A stretch of 64,000 nt of DNA from an uncultured Chloroflexia bacterium (GCA_963700285.1 CAVOXA010000010.1:480001-544000), one strand, 5' to 3'; shown: positions 29,579-40,361, counted from the first letter of the stretch. Notes: generated from the letters alone by a model not told the origin. Numbers and translations: made by a program.

Positions 29579-31009
29579 ATGAAGAGAGGGTTTGAGGCCA
29601 TCAAGCTGGGGTACGTGCCTATCAGCAAGTTCGTATTCAGCGCCGAGGACGCCCGTCGCTACAAGGCGCTGGTGCAGGCCAAGCTGGACGAATGGGGTAT
29701 CCACTATACCAACATCGACGGCGTGACCAATGACGGCATGCTCTACAAGCACGAGGACTTGCCCCGGGTCATCGAGCACCTGCGGGCCGAGGGTGTGGAC
29801 GCCGTCTTTTGCCCGCACTGCAACTTTGGCACCGAGGACATCGCCGCCCTGCTGGGGCGTGAGATGGGCCTGCCCTATTTGCTCTGGGGGCCGAGGGACG
29901 AGTTGCCCCTGCCCGGCGGCGCACGCCTGCGGGACACCCAATGCGGCCTGTTTGCCACCAGCCACGTGCTCCGGCGCCTGAACGTGCCCTTTACGTACAT
30001 CCTCAACTCGCGCGTACATGACCCTGTCTTTGAGCGAGGTGTAAAGAACTTTGTACGGGTGGCGTCGGTGGTCAAGGCCTTCCGTTCACTACGCATCGGG
30101 CAGATCGGGCAGCGCGTGGATTTCTTCTGGTCGACCATCATCAACGAGGCCGAGCTGCTGGAAAAGTTTGGCATCGAGGTCTGGCAGATCTATATCAGCG
30201 ACGTCGTGTCAGAGATCAGGCGCAGGCTGGAGGCTCGGGACGACGAACTCTTGACCAGGACCGAGGAGGTCAAGAGCCAGGTAGGTTTCAAGTCGCTCGA
30301 CGAGCAGCAGATACTGGCCATCGTGGCCCTGAACCTGACGATGAAAGAGATGGCGGCCCGGCAAAAGCTGTCGGCCATCGCCCTGCAATGCTTCCCCGTC
30401 CTGCAGCAGGAATTTGGTATCTACCCCTGCCTGGCCAATAGCCTGCTGGGTATTGAGGGTTTGCCGGTGATATGCGAGACCGACATCCACGGCGCCATCA
30501 CTGCCTGCCTGCTCCAGGCGGCGAATCTCTACCAGGACTCGGTCTTTTTTGCCGACATGACCATCCGCCACCCGGAAAACGACCAGGCGGAACTGCTATG
30601 GCACTGTGGCTCTTTCCCGCTGGACCTGGTTGACGAGGGGGTAGAACCCTTTGCCGGGGAACACTTTATTATGCCCGGCACGGAGGCGGGCGTGGGACAT
30701 TGGCGCATCAAGGGCGGCGACGTCACCATCGCCCGCTTTGAGCAGGCGGGGGGCAACTACTACCTGGCCATGGGCCAGGGACGGGGCACAACAGGGCCGC
30801 ACACGGTTGGCGCCTACCTGTGGTTCGAGGTGGACGATTGGACCAAGTGGGAGCGCAAGTTCATCTACGGCCCCTATATCCACCATGTGGCGGGGATACA
30901 CGGCCAGGCCGCGCCCATCCTCTACGAGGCATGCAAATACCTTGGCCTCAATCCCGACCCCATCGAACCTGCAGGCCAGGCGTTGGAGGACTTTTGGTGG
31001 GAGGCATGA
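29579..31009 (+). CDS. L-fucose/L-arabinose isomerase-family protein
   Basis: NFGTE, RDTQCG, CETDIHGA, LWHCG, GPYIHH. Confidence 0.85.
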   Translation: MKRGFEAIKLGYVPISKFVFSAEDARRYKALVQAKLDEWGIHYTNIDGVTNDGMLYKHEDLPRVIEHLRAEGVDAVFCPHCNFGTEDIAALLGREMGLPYLLWGPRDELPLPGGARLRDTQCGLFATSHVLRRLNVPFTYILNSRVHDPVFERGVKNFVRVASVVKAFRSLRIGQIGQRVDFFWSTIINEAELLEKFGIEVWQIYISDVVSEIRRRLEARDDELLTRTEEVKSQVGFKSLDEQQILAIVALNLTMKEMAARQKLSAIALQCFPVLQQEFGIYPCLANSLLGIEGLPVICETDIHGAITACLLQAANLYQDSVFFADMTIRHPENDQAELLWHCGSFPLDLVDEGVEPFAGEHFIMPGTEAGVGHWRIKGGDVTIARFEQAGGNYYLAMGQGRGTTGPHTVGAYLWFEVDDWTKWERKFIYGPYIHHVAGIHGQAAPILYEACKYLGLNPDPIEPAGQALEDFWWEA

Positions 31010-32152
31010 AGTCCAGGGAGCGGTTACTGATGGCGCTGGACCACAGGGAGCCCGACCGGGTACCGGTGGATCTGTGGTTCACCTCCGAAGTCGAGGACCG
31101 CCTGTCAGCCGAACATAGGGGCCTGCGCGGCGTTGAACTGCGTGTGGCCCTGGGCCACGATCTGCTCATGACCGGCTCGCCCAACATCGGCGCCAGCTAT
31201 GAGCTCCCCGGCACGCCTGACGAGTACGTGTGCGAGTGGGGCGTGCGCTGGAAATGGATCACCAATCCCGCTGGCGGCCGCTATACGGAGACGGTGGGGC
31301 ATCCCCTGGCTGGAGAACGAGATCTGGGCGCGTACCGGATGCCAGATCCGCTGGGCCCCTCCATGCAGCGCATCTACCAGGAGGCCCGGGACCTGGTAGA
31401 GCGTTATGGGCACACGCACGCCATCTTTGGCAGCTTGTACCAGACGATTTTTGAGGCCGCCTGGCTGTTGCGGGGCATGGAGAACCTATTGATGGACATG
31501 GCCAGCCAACAAGGATTTTGCCCACGAGCTTTTCGAGCGGCTGACCGAGTACAGCCTGGTAGCTGGCCGGGAGCTGATCGCCCAGGGTATTGACGTGCTG
31601 TGGCTGGGCGATGATTTCGGCACACAACAAGCGATGCTGATCTCGCCCCGGATGTGGCGCGAGTTCATCAAGCCCCGCTATGCCCGGCTCATCGAGGCTT
31701 ACAAAGCGCAGAACCCAGACCTCAAGATCGCCTATCACTGCGACGGCTACTTTGAGCCGATCATCCCCGAATTGATCGAGATTGGCCTGGACGCACTGAA
31801 CCCAGTACAGCCTCTGGCCATGGACCCGGCTGAGGCCAAACGGAAATATGGCGACCGGCTATCGTTCTGGGGCACCGTGGACACGCAGCACACCTTCCCT
31901 TTTGGGACGCCTCAGGACGTGGAAGACGAGGTACGCAAGCGCTTGCGCACCGTGGCGCCTGGCGGGGGTTTGATCCTATGCTCTTCCCACCGGGTTCAGC
32001 CGGACGTACCGCTGGAGAACATTCAGGCATTCTACCGGGCGACCAGGGAGTACGGGACCTACCCTATACGAGCTGTGAGGACGGAGGGAACCGGTGACAA
32101 CTTTGTTTGGACGACAATGGACACGCCAAGAACTGCTCACCTTCGTGGGTAA
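31006..32152 (+). CDS. URO-D/MtaA-fold protein 4, frameshift near 31504
   Basis: SRERL..EPDRVP, RGMENLL, then GDDFGTQ, HCDG, LNPVQP, SSHRVQ in the next frame; 3' end uncertain. Confidence 0.82.
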
Positions 32153-33143
32153 TCATCTCACAGGTGTGCGGCATCCGGCCGGTCACGCTGGCCGATGGGC
32201 CAGAACGGGGTGTCCGCGCCGCCGACGTGCGGACGGGTGATGGTCTCAACTTCACAGTCCTGCTTGACCGGGGGATGGACATCGGTCCCGCCGAGTACCG
32301 GGGCATTCCCTTGGCCTGGATCTCTCCTACCGGCCCAATCTCGCCCGCCTTCTACGACCCGCGGGGGATTGGATGGCTGCGCACCTTTCACGGCGGGCTG
32401 CTTACCACCTGCGGCCTGACCCAGACCGGCGTGCCGAACGTCGATTGGCGATGAAGATCTGGGGCTCCACGGCCGCATCTCACATACACCAGCCCGCCAG
32501 GTGAGCTGCCAGGGGCGGTGGGAGGGCGACGAATACATCTTCTGGGTGGAAGGGCAAATGCGGGAAGTGAGTGTATTTGGTTACGATCTGCGCCTGACCC
32601 GCCGCATAACGGCGATGTTGGGCCAGCCCAAGCTGACCATTGAGGATAGGGTGGAGAACATGGGCTACGAGCCTGCTCCCCACATGATCCTGTATCACTG
32701 CAATATGGGCTTTCCCCTACTGAGGCCCTGCCAGCCGGCTGGTAGCCCCATCGCAGCGGTCGAAGCCCGGGATGACGTAGCCGCACAGGGCCTGGAGCAG
32801 CATACCTCCTTTGAAGGCCCGACGCCCCACTATGCCGAACAGTGCTTCTTTCACAGCTTTGAGCCGGACTCGACGGGCCACGTCACAGTCGTCCAGCTCA
32901 CCAACCCCGAGCTAGGGCTGGCCCTCCAACTGCGCTATCCGCCACCGGGAACTGCCCGAGATGGCGCAATGGAAACAGGTAGGGCAGGGGACCTACGTTC
33001 TGGGCTTGGAGCCGGCCAACTGCCGCGTTGAAGGGCGCTCAGCCGCCAGAAAGCGTGGGACGCTGGTAGAACTAGCCCCGGCGAGCACGTGCGATTACTA
33101 CCTGGAGATGACGGTCCTGGCCGGACAGGCAAGGGAGAGCTAG
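32094..33143 (+). CDS. Aldose 1-epimerase-like (DUF4432-type) protein with several frameshifts
   Basis: GTG 32094 after GGAGG; fragments DRGMDI, GLLTTCGL, LHGRIS, MILYHCNMGFPL, YVLGLEP in alternating frames. Confidence 0.75.
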
Positions 33144-33162
33144 ATGATACTGAGGAGATAGG

Positions 33163-34294
33163 ATGGCCGAACTGACGGGAGAGAGCGGCTGTTGCGGGTC
33201 TTTCACCAACAAGAGGTGGATCGTATCCCGGTTTCGCCCTTTATCCACGTCAACTATGTCAAAGAGTTTTTTGGCACACACGATGTCGACTGGGTGGCCA
33301 GGACGCCCGAAGTCTACCGGCACTTTGGCTTTGACCTGATCCATCGCAATTGTAGCCCCGAGTATGACGCCATGGGACCGGAAGGGCCGGATTGGCAGAT
33401 AGAGGATATGCCAGCAGGATGGCACGGGACGAGACCACTACGACTGACGGTTCATACGCCGGAAGGCGATCTGCGCTGCGGTCAAGCGCTTGCGCTGGAC
33501 CTACGAGTACGACGCCGAGAATTCGCGCTGTGCCGAGTACCCCATCAAAAGCGAGGCGGATTTTGACCTGCTGGTGCGCTACCAGCCGGATCCCCAACCG
33601 GCCGACGTGTCGGACATCCGGCGCGCCAAGGAGATCGTAGGCGACACGGGCATCGTCGCTCCCTGGATCCACGGCGCGTTCAACGTGCTGGCCTTCTACT
33701 ATCGGAAGCTGGATGACCTGCTGATGGACGCCATGCTCAATCCTGCTTTCTATGGGCGCATGATGGATCACTTTTTGCAGCGCTACATGACCTTTACCCA
33801 GACAACTCATCGATGCCGGCGCCGATGTCTTGAGCTATGCTGCCAATATTGCCAATGCCAAGCTGGTCAGCCCCCGTTTTTTCCGCGAGTATATCTGGCC
33901 CTACGAGAAGCGCTTCATCGATTTCATCCAGGGGCAGGGCGTCGCGGTGCTCTACCACAACTGTGGCTATGCCCGCAACCTGCTGTCGCTGCTGCCCGAG
34001 TTGGATATGCGGGCCTACGAATCGCTTACACCGCCGCCCTATGGCGACACGGTGCTCACCGATGCGGTGGACGCATTTGGCAGCCAGACCACCCTGTCGG
34101 GCAACATCGACCAACTCGATCTGCTGCGCAAGGGAACAGCGGACGAGATCGATTTGGCTGTCAAGCAAGTGCTGGATACGGTGCGCGGTCGCTGTCACTT
34201 TATCCTGGCCACGACCGACTATTTCAACGAGAACACGCCCCACGAAAAGATCCACGCCCTGGCGGATGCCGGGCGCAGATATGGAGGATTGTGA
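33163..34294 (+). CDS. URO-D/MtaA-fold protein 5 with several frameshifts
   Basis: RERLL..VDRIPV, TPEGDL, EYPIK, HNCG, LSGNID, ATTDY across ORFs 33192, 33490 and 33830. Confidence 0.75.
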
Positions 34295-34298
34295 AGCC

Positions 34299-35087
34299 AT
34301 GAGACCCAATAAGATTCGAGCCCTTTTGGAAGCTGGAAAACCCACCATCGGGACCCACATTCACAGCACGTGGCCCTCTATCATCGAGGTTGTGGGACAC
34401 AGCGGCATGTTCGACTATATCGAGTTTGTGGCCGAGTATGCCCCCTTTGACCTGTACGCGCTGGACAACATCTGCCGCGCAGCCGAGCTGCATGATCTAT
34501 CGTCTATGATCAAGGTCGACCAGGAACCTCGCAGCTTTCTCGCCCAACGGGGCATCGGCTGTGGCTTTCAAAGCGTGCTGTTCGCTGACTGCCGCAGCGT
34601 TGAGGACACCCGGGAATGCGTGCGCGCCGTACGGCCCGAGACGCCGGAGGCGGGCGGATTGCACGGCGTTGGCATGCGTCGTGCCGCCTACATGGGCTAT
34701 GGAGGGACGCCGGACTATGTTCAGGCGCTCAAGGACATTGTCGTCGTACTGATGATCGAAAAGCAGGGGGCTGTCGATCACCTGGAGGAGATCCTGTCAG
34801 TGCCTGGCATTGACATGATCCAATGGGGGCCATCGGACTATTCCATGAGCGTCGGACGCCCCGGGGAAAGACAACACCCCAGTATCAAAGCAGCCGAGCA
34901 CAGGGTCATCGATATCGCCCTGAAGATGGGGATCCCGCCCAGGGCGGAGATCTCCAGCCCTGACGAGGCCAGATACTACCTGGACCTTGGCGTGGAGCAC
35001 TTTTGCATCGGCACGGATGTCATGATCCTCTACAACTGGTTCAAGGAGAACGGCGAGGAGCTGCGCAAAGTCATTTCGGATGCGTAA
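34299..35087 (+). CDS. HpcH/HpaI aldolase family (variant active site)
   Basis: LMIEK, WGPSDYS; AEY and IKV replace DxEH and VRV. Confidence 0.85.
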   Translation: MRPNKIRALLEAGKPTIGTHIHSTWPSIIEVVGHSGMFDYIEFVAEYAPFDLYALDNICRAAELHDLSSMIKVDQEPRSFLAQRGIGCGFQSVLFADCRSVEDTRECVRAVRPETPEAGGLHGVGMRRAAYMGYGGTPDYVQALKDIVVVLMIEKQGAVDHLEEILSVPGIDMIQWGPSDYSMSVGRPGERQHPSIKAAEHRVIDIALKMGIPPRAEISSPDEARYYLDLGVEHFCIGTDVMILYNWFKENGEELRKVISDA

Positions 35088-36543
35088 ACAGGCGCAGTTG
35101 CTCAAGATCGTCACCGACGCCGAAGTGGATCGTATCCACGAGGCCAGTCTGGCCATCCTGGAAGAGATCGGCGTCCAGATCCCCAATACTCAGATCCTGC
35201 GCATGTTTGCGGATGCGGGAGCTGTGGTCGATTTTGAGCAGCAGATCGTCCAGATCCCTGCCAACTTGGTGGAGCAAGCACTGGCAGTTCTGCCCAAGGA
35301 CTTTACCGTAACGCCGGCCGACGGCGGGCCACCGATCCATCTGGGCGACGGGGACCTAAAGCTGAGCATGGATTGCTCCGATCAGATAGTGGAATTGAGC
35401 CAGGGCCGAAAACGCCGGGGAACCCAGGAAGACGTGGTGAAAGGTATCATGGTGGCCAACGCGTTGGAAAACGTACGGCTGGCCACCGGCTTTGTCCTGC
35501 CTTGCGAGGTACCCCAATCTGCCGGCGACGTGGCTGGCTATCAGCTCTTGTTCACCTATTCTCGGAAGGCCGTCGCCACCTGGATCTATTCTTCGCGTAG
35601 CGCGGACTATATCCTGGAGATGGCGCAGGTTGTGGCGGGCGGGGCAGAAGCGTTGAAGAGCAAAAAGCTGCTGACCTACTTTGCGGAGCCGGTCAGCCCC
35701 TTGCGCTACGCGCCCCATACCCTGGAGATCATGTGCAAGATGGCAGAGTACGAGTGTCCCATCTATTTGGGTCCGATGGTCACAGCCGGGGGCAGCGGGC
35801 CCGTCACTCTGGCCGGGACGCTCGTGCTGCACAACGCCGAGATCCTGCACGGGTTGACCTTGATCTATCTGCTCAACCCCAGGCAGCCGGTGATCTATTC
35901 TTGCCATGCCCACGTCCTCGACCTGAGGCGGGGCGTCATCCAGTATGGCGCGCCCGAGCAAGCACTCCTGGCTGCGGCCGCTTCACAGTTGGCCAAGAAG
36001 CAGGGGCTGGCGGTATGTGGCAACGTCATGCTGTCCGACTCGAACACGGCCGATTACCAGGCCGGGTTCGAAGCCGGAGCTACAGCCGCCTATGCCCTGG
36101 CCGCTGGCTGGGACATGCTCGGCTTTCTGGGATTCGGAACCCTGGGCGTGGTTGGCGCGGGTGTAGGTCATAGCCTGGAGATGGCCATCCTCCAGGACGA
36201 GGCGCTGTCCTTCCTCAAGAGGATGCTGGCATCCTTTGAGGTCAACGATGACACCCTGGCCCTAGATGTCATCCGGGAGGCTGGCATCGGCGGAAACTTT
36301 TTGGCACAACCCCACACGGCGAAGCACATGCGACACGAGCTGTGGCAGTCAGGAGGTATCTTCCCCCGGCTCGATTACACAGCCTGGGCCGAGGGTGGAC
36401 ACAAGACCGCACTCGACCGGGCTAGAGAACGGCTGGAAGAGGTCCAGCGGGATTATCCGCCAGAGCCAGTCCTGGACCCACACAAAGCGCGGTATTTGCT
36501 GGAGATCAGAGAACGGGCGGAAGCAGAAGCTACAGTAGAGTAG
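35080..36543 (+). CDS. Trimethylamine methyltransferase (MttB) superfamily, non-pyrrolysine
   Basis: IHEASLAILEEIGV, SPLRY, PVTLAGTL..NAE, GAPE, SDS..DYQAGFE, GIGGNFL..HT; no in-frame TAG. Confidence 0.88.
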   Translation: MRKQAQLLKIVTDAEVDRIHEASLAILEEIGVQIPNTQILRMFADAGAVVDFEQQIVQIPANLVEQALAVLPKDFTVTPADGGPPIHLGDGDLKLSMDCSDQIVELSQGRKRRGTQEDVVKGIMVANALENVRLATGFVLPCEVPQSAGDVAGYQLLFTYSRKAVATWIYSSRSADYILEMAQVVAGGAEALKSKKLLTYFAEPVSPLRYAPHTLEIMCKMAEYECPIYLGPMVTAGGSGPVTLAGTLVLHNAEILHGLTLIYLLNPRQPVIYSCHAHVLDLRRGVIQYGAPEQALLAAAASQLAKKQGLAVCGNVMLSDSNTADYQAGFEAGATAAYALAAGWDMLGFLGFGTLGVVGAGVGHSLEMAILQDEALSFLKRMLASFEVNDDTLALDVIREAGIGGNFLAQPHTAKHMRHELWQSGGIFPRLDYTAWAEGGHKTALDRARERLEEVQRDYPPEPVLDPHKARYLLEIRERAEAEATVE

Positions 36544-36579
36544 ACTCGGTGACACAATGCCTGGGCCGAGACCAAAAGA

Positions 36580-36701
36580 GTAGGACAAGATGGTATCTTG
36601 TCCTGGGGCAAGCAATCTGCTGTATGGGAAGGGATAACGCCCCTCACCTTGGGGGCATTCAAGAGGAGTGAGCGTTTGGGCAAGTTGGCAACTTGCCCTA
36701 C
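36580..36701. repeat. Inverted pair of GTAG-type REP palindromes (REPIN-like)
   Basis: GTAGGACAAGATggtATCTTGTCCT (36580-604) and GGGCAAGTTggcAACTTGCCCTAC (36678-701). Confidence 0.7.
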
Positions 36702-36775
36702 GAAGGAAGACCATTTTTTATTCCCGGCGATGAGGCCCGGGTTGCAGCAGTACTGGACTGGAGGGAAAACGCACC

Positions 36776-37930
36776 ATGCTTATCAAGAACGGCAGGATAC
36801 TGCACTACAATCGGTTTGAAGCCAACAGCGATATGCGTGTAGAAGACAACCGGATCACGGCCATCGGCCAGGGCATGATGCCCGAACCCGGCGAGCAGGT
36901 TGTGGACGCAGCCGGGAACTATGTCCTAGCCGGTTTGATCGACCTGCACCATCATGGCATACGTCACGTACTTGCTCAGAACGACAGCCTGCTGGAATAC
37001 TCCCAGCTTCTGCTGGAGGTGGGTGTCACTGCTTGCGTCGCGACCCTGTCGGGTTCACCCGAGGATAACATCCAAGCCATGCAGCGGGGCCTGCAAGAGA
37101 CCGAGCGGTTCCGGTTGGCGCCGAACGTGATCGGCTTCCGCCCCGAGATCAGCTATATCGCCAAGACTGGAGCTGGCTCAGCCAACTCGCTGAGGCCCAT
37201 CACGGACGAGACAACGGAAGCCGTCTATGAAGGCGGCGAGGGATTCATTCGCATCTGGGACATATCGCCAGAGATGGCAGGGGCGATCCCGTTCATCCGT
37301 TGGGCCGCCAAGCAGGGCATCGTCACCAGCCTGGCCCATAGTTCCGCGACCGTCGAGGATACGCGGCGGGCTATCGAGGCGGGCATGAGCCTGGTCACTC
37401 ACTTCTACGACACCTTTGACGTGGCCGTTCAGACCGATCCGGGCGTGTATCCCGCCGGCCTAACCGATTGGCTCCAGATCGAAGACCGGATTACGGTGGA
37501 AATTGTCCCGGACGGGGTCCACGTACACCCTTACCTGGTAGAAAAGACCTTCCGCTGCAAGGGTATCAACCGCATCGCCCTGGTAACCGACGCGTCCAAG
37601 GGCTCGGGCAGTCCGCCGGGCATCTATGGCGGCCTCTACGAAGGCGTCGAGGTAGAGGTGACGGTTGATCGAGGAGTGAGGCGTACCTCAGACGACGTTT
37701 TGTCCGGTAGCGCGCTGACCCACCTTCAGGGCTTCCGCAACGTCATACAAAAGTTCGGCAAGTCGATGGTCGAGGCATCTATCCTATGCTCCCGCACTCC
37801 GGCCCGCGTTCTGGGAGAAACGAGCAAAGGCTACCTGGCAGCCGGAATGGACGCCGACATCATCATCTTGGACAATGATCTGAATCTCAAAGCGACCATC
37901 GTTGGCGGTAAGGTGCTCTACAGCGCATAG
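36776..37930 (+). CDS. NagA-like amidohydrolase (N-acetylhexosamine deacetylase family)
   Basis: IDLHHHG, SPE, LAHS, VTH, DGVHVHP, VTDA, LSGSAL, KGYLAAGMDAD. Confidence 0.82.
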   Translation: MLIKNGRILHYNRFEANSDMRVEDNRITAIGQGMMPEPGEQVVDAAGNYVLAGLIDLHHHGIRHVLAQNDSLLEYSQLLLEVGVTACVATLSGSPEDNIQAMQRGLQETERFRLAPNVIGFRPEISYIAKTGAGSANSLRPITDETTEAVYEGGEGFIRIWDISPEMAGAIPFIRWAAKQGIVTSLAHSSATVEDTRRAIEAGMSLVTHFYDTFDVAVQTDPGVYPAGLTDWLQIEDRITVEIVPDGVHVHPYLVEKTFRCKGINRIALVTDASKGSGSPPGIYGGLYEGVEVEVTVDRGVRRTSDDVLSGSALTHLQGFRNVIQKFGKSMVEASILCSRTPARVLGETSKGYLAAGMDADIIILDNDLNLKATIVGGKVLYSA

Positions 37931-38010
37931 ACCAGGAGCGCAGGTTGCCGATGTTTGGAAACACCACGCCCACAGCACATTTTCCGCACGACGATGGTAA
38001 AGGAGGAACC

Positions 38011-38946
38011 ATGACCGATTGGCAGTACAGTCCATCCCCTTGGGTACCCTTTCGGGACCAAAAAGTCTTGGAACGAGTCAGGAAAATCAAACGTGAGGAT
38101 ATCACCAAGCATCCCAACCCGGAGTTCAAGATCCGGGTTGTCAAGGATGCCGACATCGAGTTTATCTGGGTCACCGACATGTTTTGGCGCATCAAATCCG
38201 CGGCTGATGCCGGGGAGAGATGTGTCCTGATCCTGCCCAACCCAGTTCCAACATACCGTCATGTGGCACGCCTCATCAATCAGTTCCGGGTCGACTGCTC
38301 CAACCTCGTTGTCTTTGCCATGGATGAGTATGCCAATGAGGATGGCATTATCACGCCAGAGACATGGCCCCAAAGCTTCATGTATGCCATGAAACACTAT
38401 CTCTTCTACGCTATTGACAAAGAGCTACGGCCGCCCGAGAGCCAAGTCGTCGGACCTACCAATAAGAATATCGACGACTATGGGCAGATGATTGCCGATG
38501 CGGGTGGGGCCGATATGTGCTACAGCGGACCTGGCTGGACGGGGCATCTGGCCTTTATCGAGCCCGATGCTCCTGAATTCGAGGCTGGGAGTTTGGAGGA
38601 GTGGATGGAGATGGGTACCCGGATTGTCACCCTGAGCCCATTCACTTTGGCCCAGAACTCCCTACACGGCAGTTTTGGCTACAGTGGAGACATTGCCCTG
38701 GTCCCACCCAAAGCGGCGACGATAGGCCCAGCCGAGGTCATTGCCTCCAAAAACCGGATAGATATCAGCGCCTTGACCATCCACGGCACCACGACCTCGT
38801 GGCAGCGGCTGATGACAAGACTCATCACCCACGGGCCGGTTACACCTCTGCTGCCGACATCTATCCATCAGCTACTGCGAACCGATTGCTACATTTCTGA
38901 AACGGCCGCCCAGGACATCGCGCCGGATTGGGACAAGGGATACTGA
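38011..38946 (+). CDS. NagB-like glucosamine-phosphate deaminase/isomerase homolog
   Basis: FAMDEY, GPGWTGHLAFIEP, TRIVTL, AATIG, PTSIHQ. Confidence 0.75.
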   Translation: MTDWQYSPSPWVPFRDQKVLERVRKIKREDITKHPNPEFKIRVVKDADIEFIWVTDMFWRIKSAADAGERCVLILPNPVPTYRHVARLINQFRVDCSNLVVFAMDEYANEDGIITPETWPQSFMYAMKHYLFYAIDKELRPPESQVVGPTNKNIDDYGQMIADAGGADMCYSGPGWTGHLAFIEPDAPEFEAGSLEEWMEMGTRIVTLSPFTLAQNSLHGSFGYSGDIALVPPKAATIGPAEVIASKNRIDISALTIHGTTTSWQRLMTRLITHGPVTPLLPTSIHQLLRTDCYISETAAQDIAPDWDKGY

Positions 38947-39047
38947 GCGTTCTGGTCAAGGCAGGTTTTCCAGTAGATTTGCAGCAACTGGCGCTGAACG
39001 AGCCACTAGCAGGCGCCTCAGCAAGGCTGGGGCCAAGGGAAGGAATC

Positions 39048-40361
39048 ATGCACACCTTAGTAGCAGGCGCGGCATCGGTAGATATTTCCCCCCGGGATTC
39101 CCAGTTCCTTTATGGGTATCCACATGTCGAACGATACAGTACGGGCATCCACGATCCCCTTCTGAGTTCTGCGCTCTACCTTGGCGATGGACAGAGGGAG
39201 ATCATGTTCATTGCCAACGATATCATCTTTGTCAGCAAGGCGACCGCCCAACGGACCCGGGAACGGATCACACAGGCTACCTCCGTTCCCGGCGGCAATA
39301 TCATGATCTCGGCTACCCACACCCACTCCGGCCCCAAAACGGCGGACTATATCAGCAATGAACATGACCCCATTGTCCCTTGTGTCGACCCAGATTACCT
39401 CCAGCTTTTTGAAGACGGGATCGTACAGGCTGCGGTAGAGGCCTATCACCGGGCGCGCCCGGCCCAAGCCGGGCTAGCGGTGGCAGACTGCGCAGGCGTG
39501 GGAACTAACCGGCGGGATCCGTTGGGGCCCGCGGACTGTAACGTTCCTGTCTTGATGGTCAGAGCTACGGACGACGGGTCGAATATCGCCTGCATGGTAG
39601 TCTATTCAATGCATCCCACCGTGTTGCACGAAGACTCCAAACTCGTCAGCGGCGATTTCCCAGCCATGACAAAACAGTACCTACAGGAGGAAGTGCTGGG
39701 GCAGGAATGCCCGGTGCTGTATCATACGGGCCCGGAGGGCAACCAGAGCCCCCGGCATGTCACCGGCGCGAATACTTTTGCCGAGGCCGAGCGCCTGGGC
39801 AACCTGCTGGGCCACACCATTGCCCAAGTCCTGCCACAGATCCAATATACTTCTAGCCTGGAAGTACAGAGCGCCCAACGCTTTGTCGATCTGCCCCGGA
39901 AAAAGTTTCCCCCACTCCCCAAAGCTGAGGAGAAGGAGAAACGCGCAAGGGAGAAGCTGGAACACCTGCGCCAGACCAACGCACCCCGCCAGGAAGTTCG
40001 AACCGCGGAGGTCGACTGGTTCGGTGCAGAAGAGACCTTGACCCTGGCCCAAGCTGCCCAGCAAGGACAGCTGGAGGCCTACTACCAGATGTGCCTGCCA
40101 GCCGAAGTCCAGGTCCTAAAGGTCGGCCCCTGGGCTTTTGTGGGCTGGCCAGGTGAAATGTTTGTTGAATTCGGCCTGGCGGTCAAGGCAAAGGCCCCGG
40201 ACACCTATGTCATTGCCCTGGCCAACGGCGAATTGCAGGGCTACGTTGTCACAGAAGAAGCAGCCATAGAGGATGGCTACGAGGCATCCAACGCCATTCT
40301 GGGTCCATCAAGCGGCGGGACACTGGTCGCTACTACATTCGAACTCTTGGATATTCTGTGA
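39048..40361 (+). CDS. Neutral/alkaline ceramidase-family hydrolase
   Basis: GIHDPL, ATHTHSGP, NRR, MHPT, SGDFP, PGEMF. Confidence 0.82.
   Translation: MHTLVAGAASVDISPRDSQFLYGYPHVERYSTGIHDPLLSSALYLGDGQREIMFIANDIIFVSKATAQRTRERITQATSVPGGNIMISATHTHSGPKTADYISNEHDPIVPCVDPDYLQLFEDGIVQAAVEAYHRARPAQAGLAVADCAGVGTNRRDPLGPADCNVPVLMVRATDDGSNIACMVVYSMHPTVLHEDSKLVSGDFPAMTKQYLQEEVLGQECPVLYHTGPEGNQSPRHVTGANTFAEAERLGNLLGHTIAQVLPQIQYTSSLEVQSAQRFVDLPRKKFPPLPKAEEKEKRAREKLEHLRQTNAPRQEVRTAEVDWFGAEETLTLAQAAQQGQLEAYYQMCLPAEVQVLKVGPWAFVGWPGEMFVEFGLAVKAKAPDTYVIALANGELQGYVVTEEAAIEDGYEASNAILGPSSGGTLVATTFELLDIL

Noticed and set aside
35080-36543. Pyrrolysine recoding in the MttB homolog
   Set aside because: The ORF is full length with no internal TAG, and no pyl genes are present.
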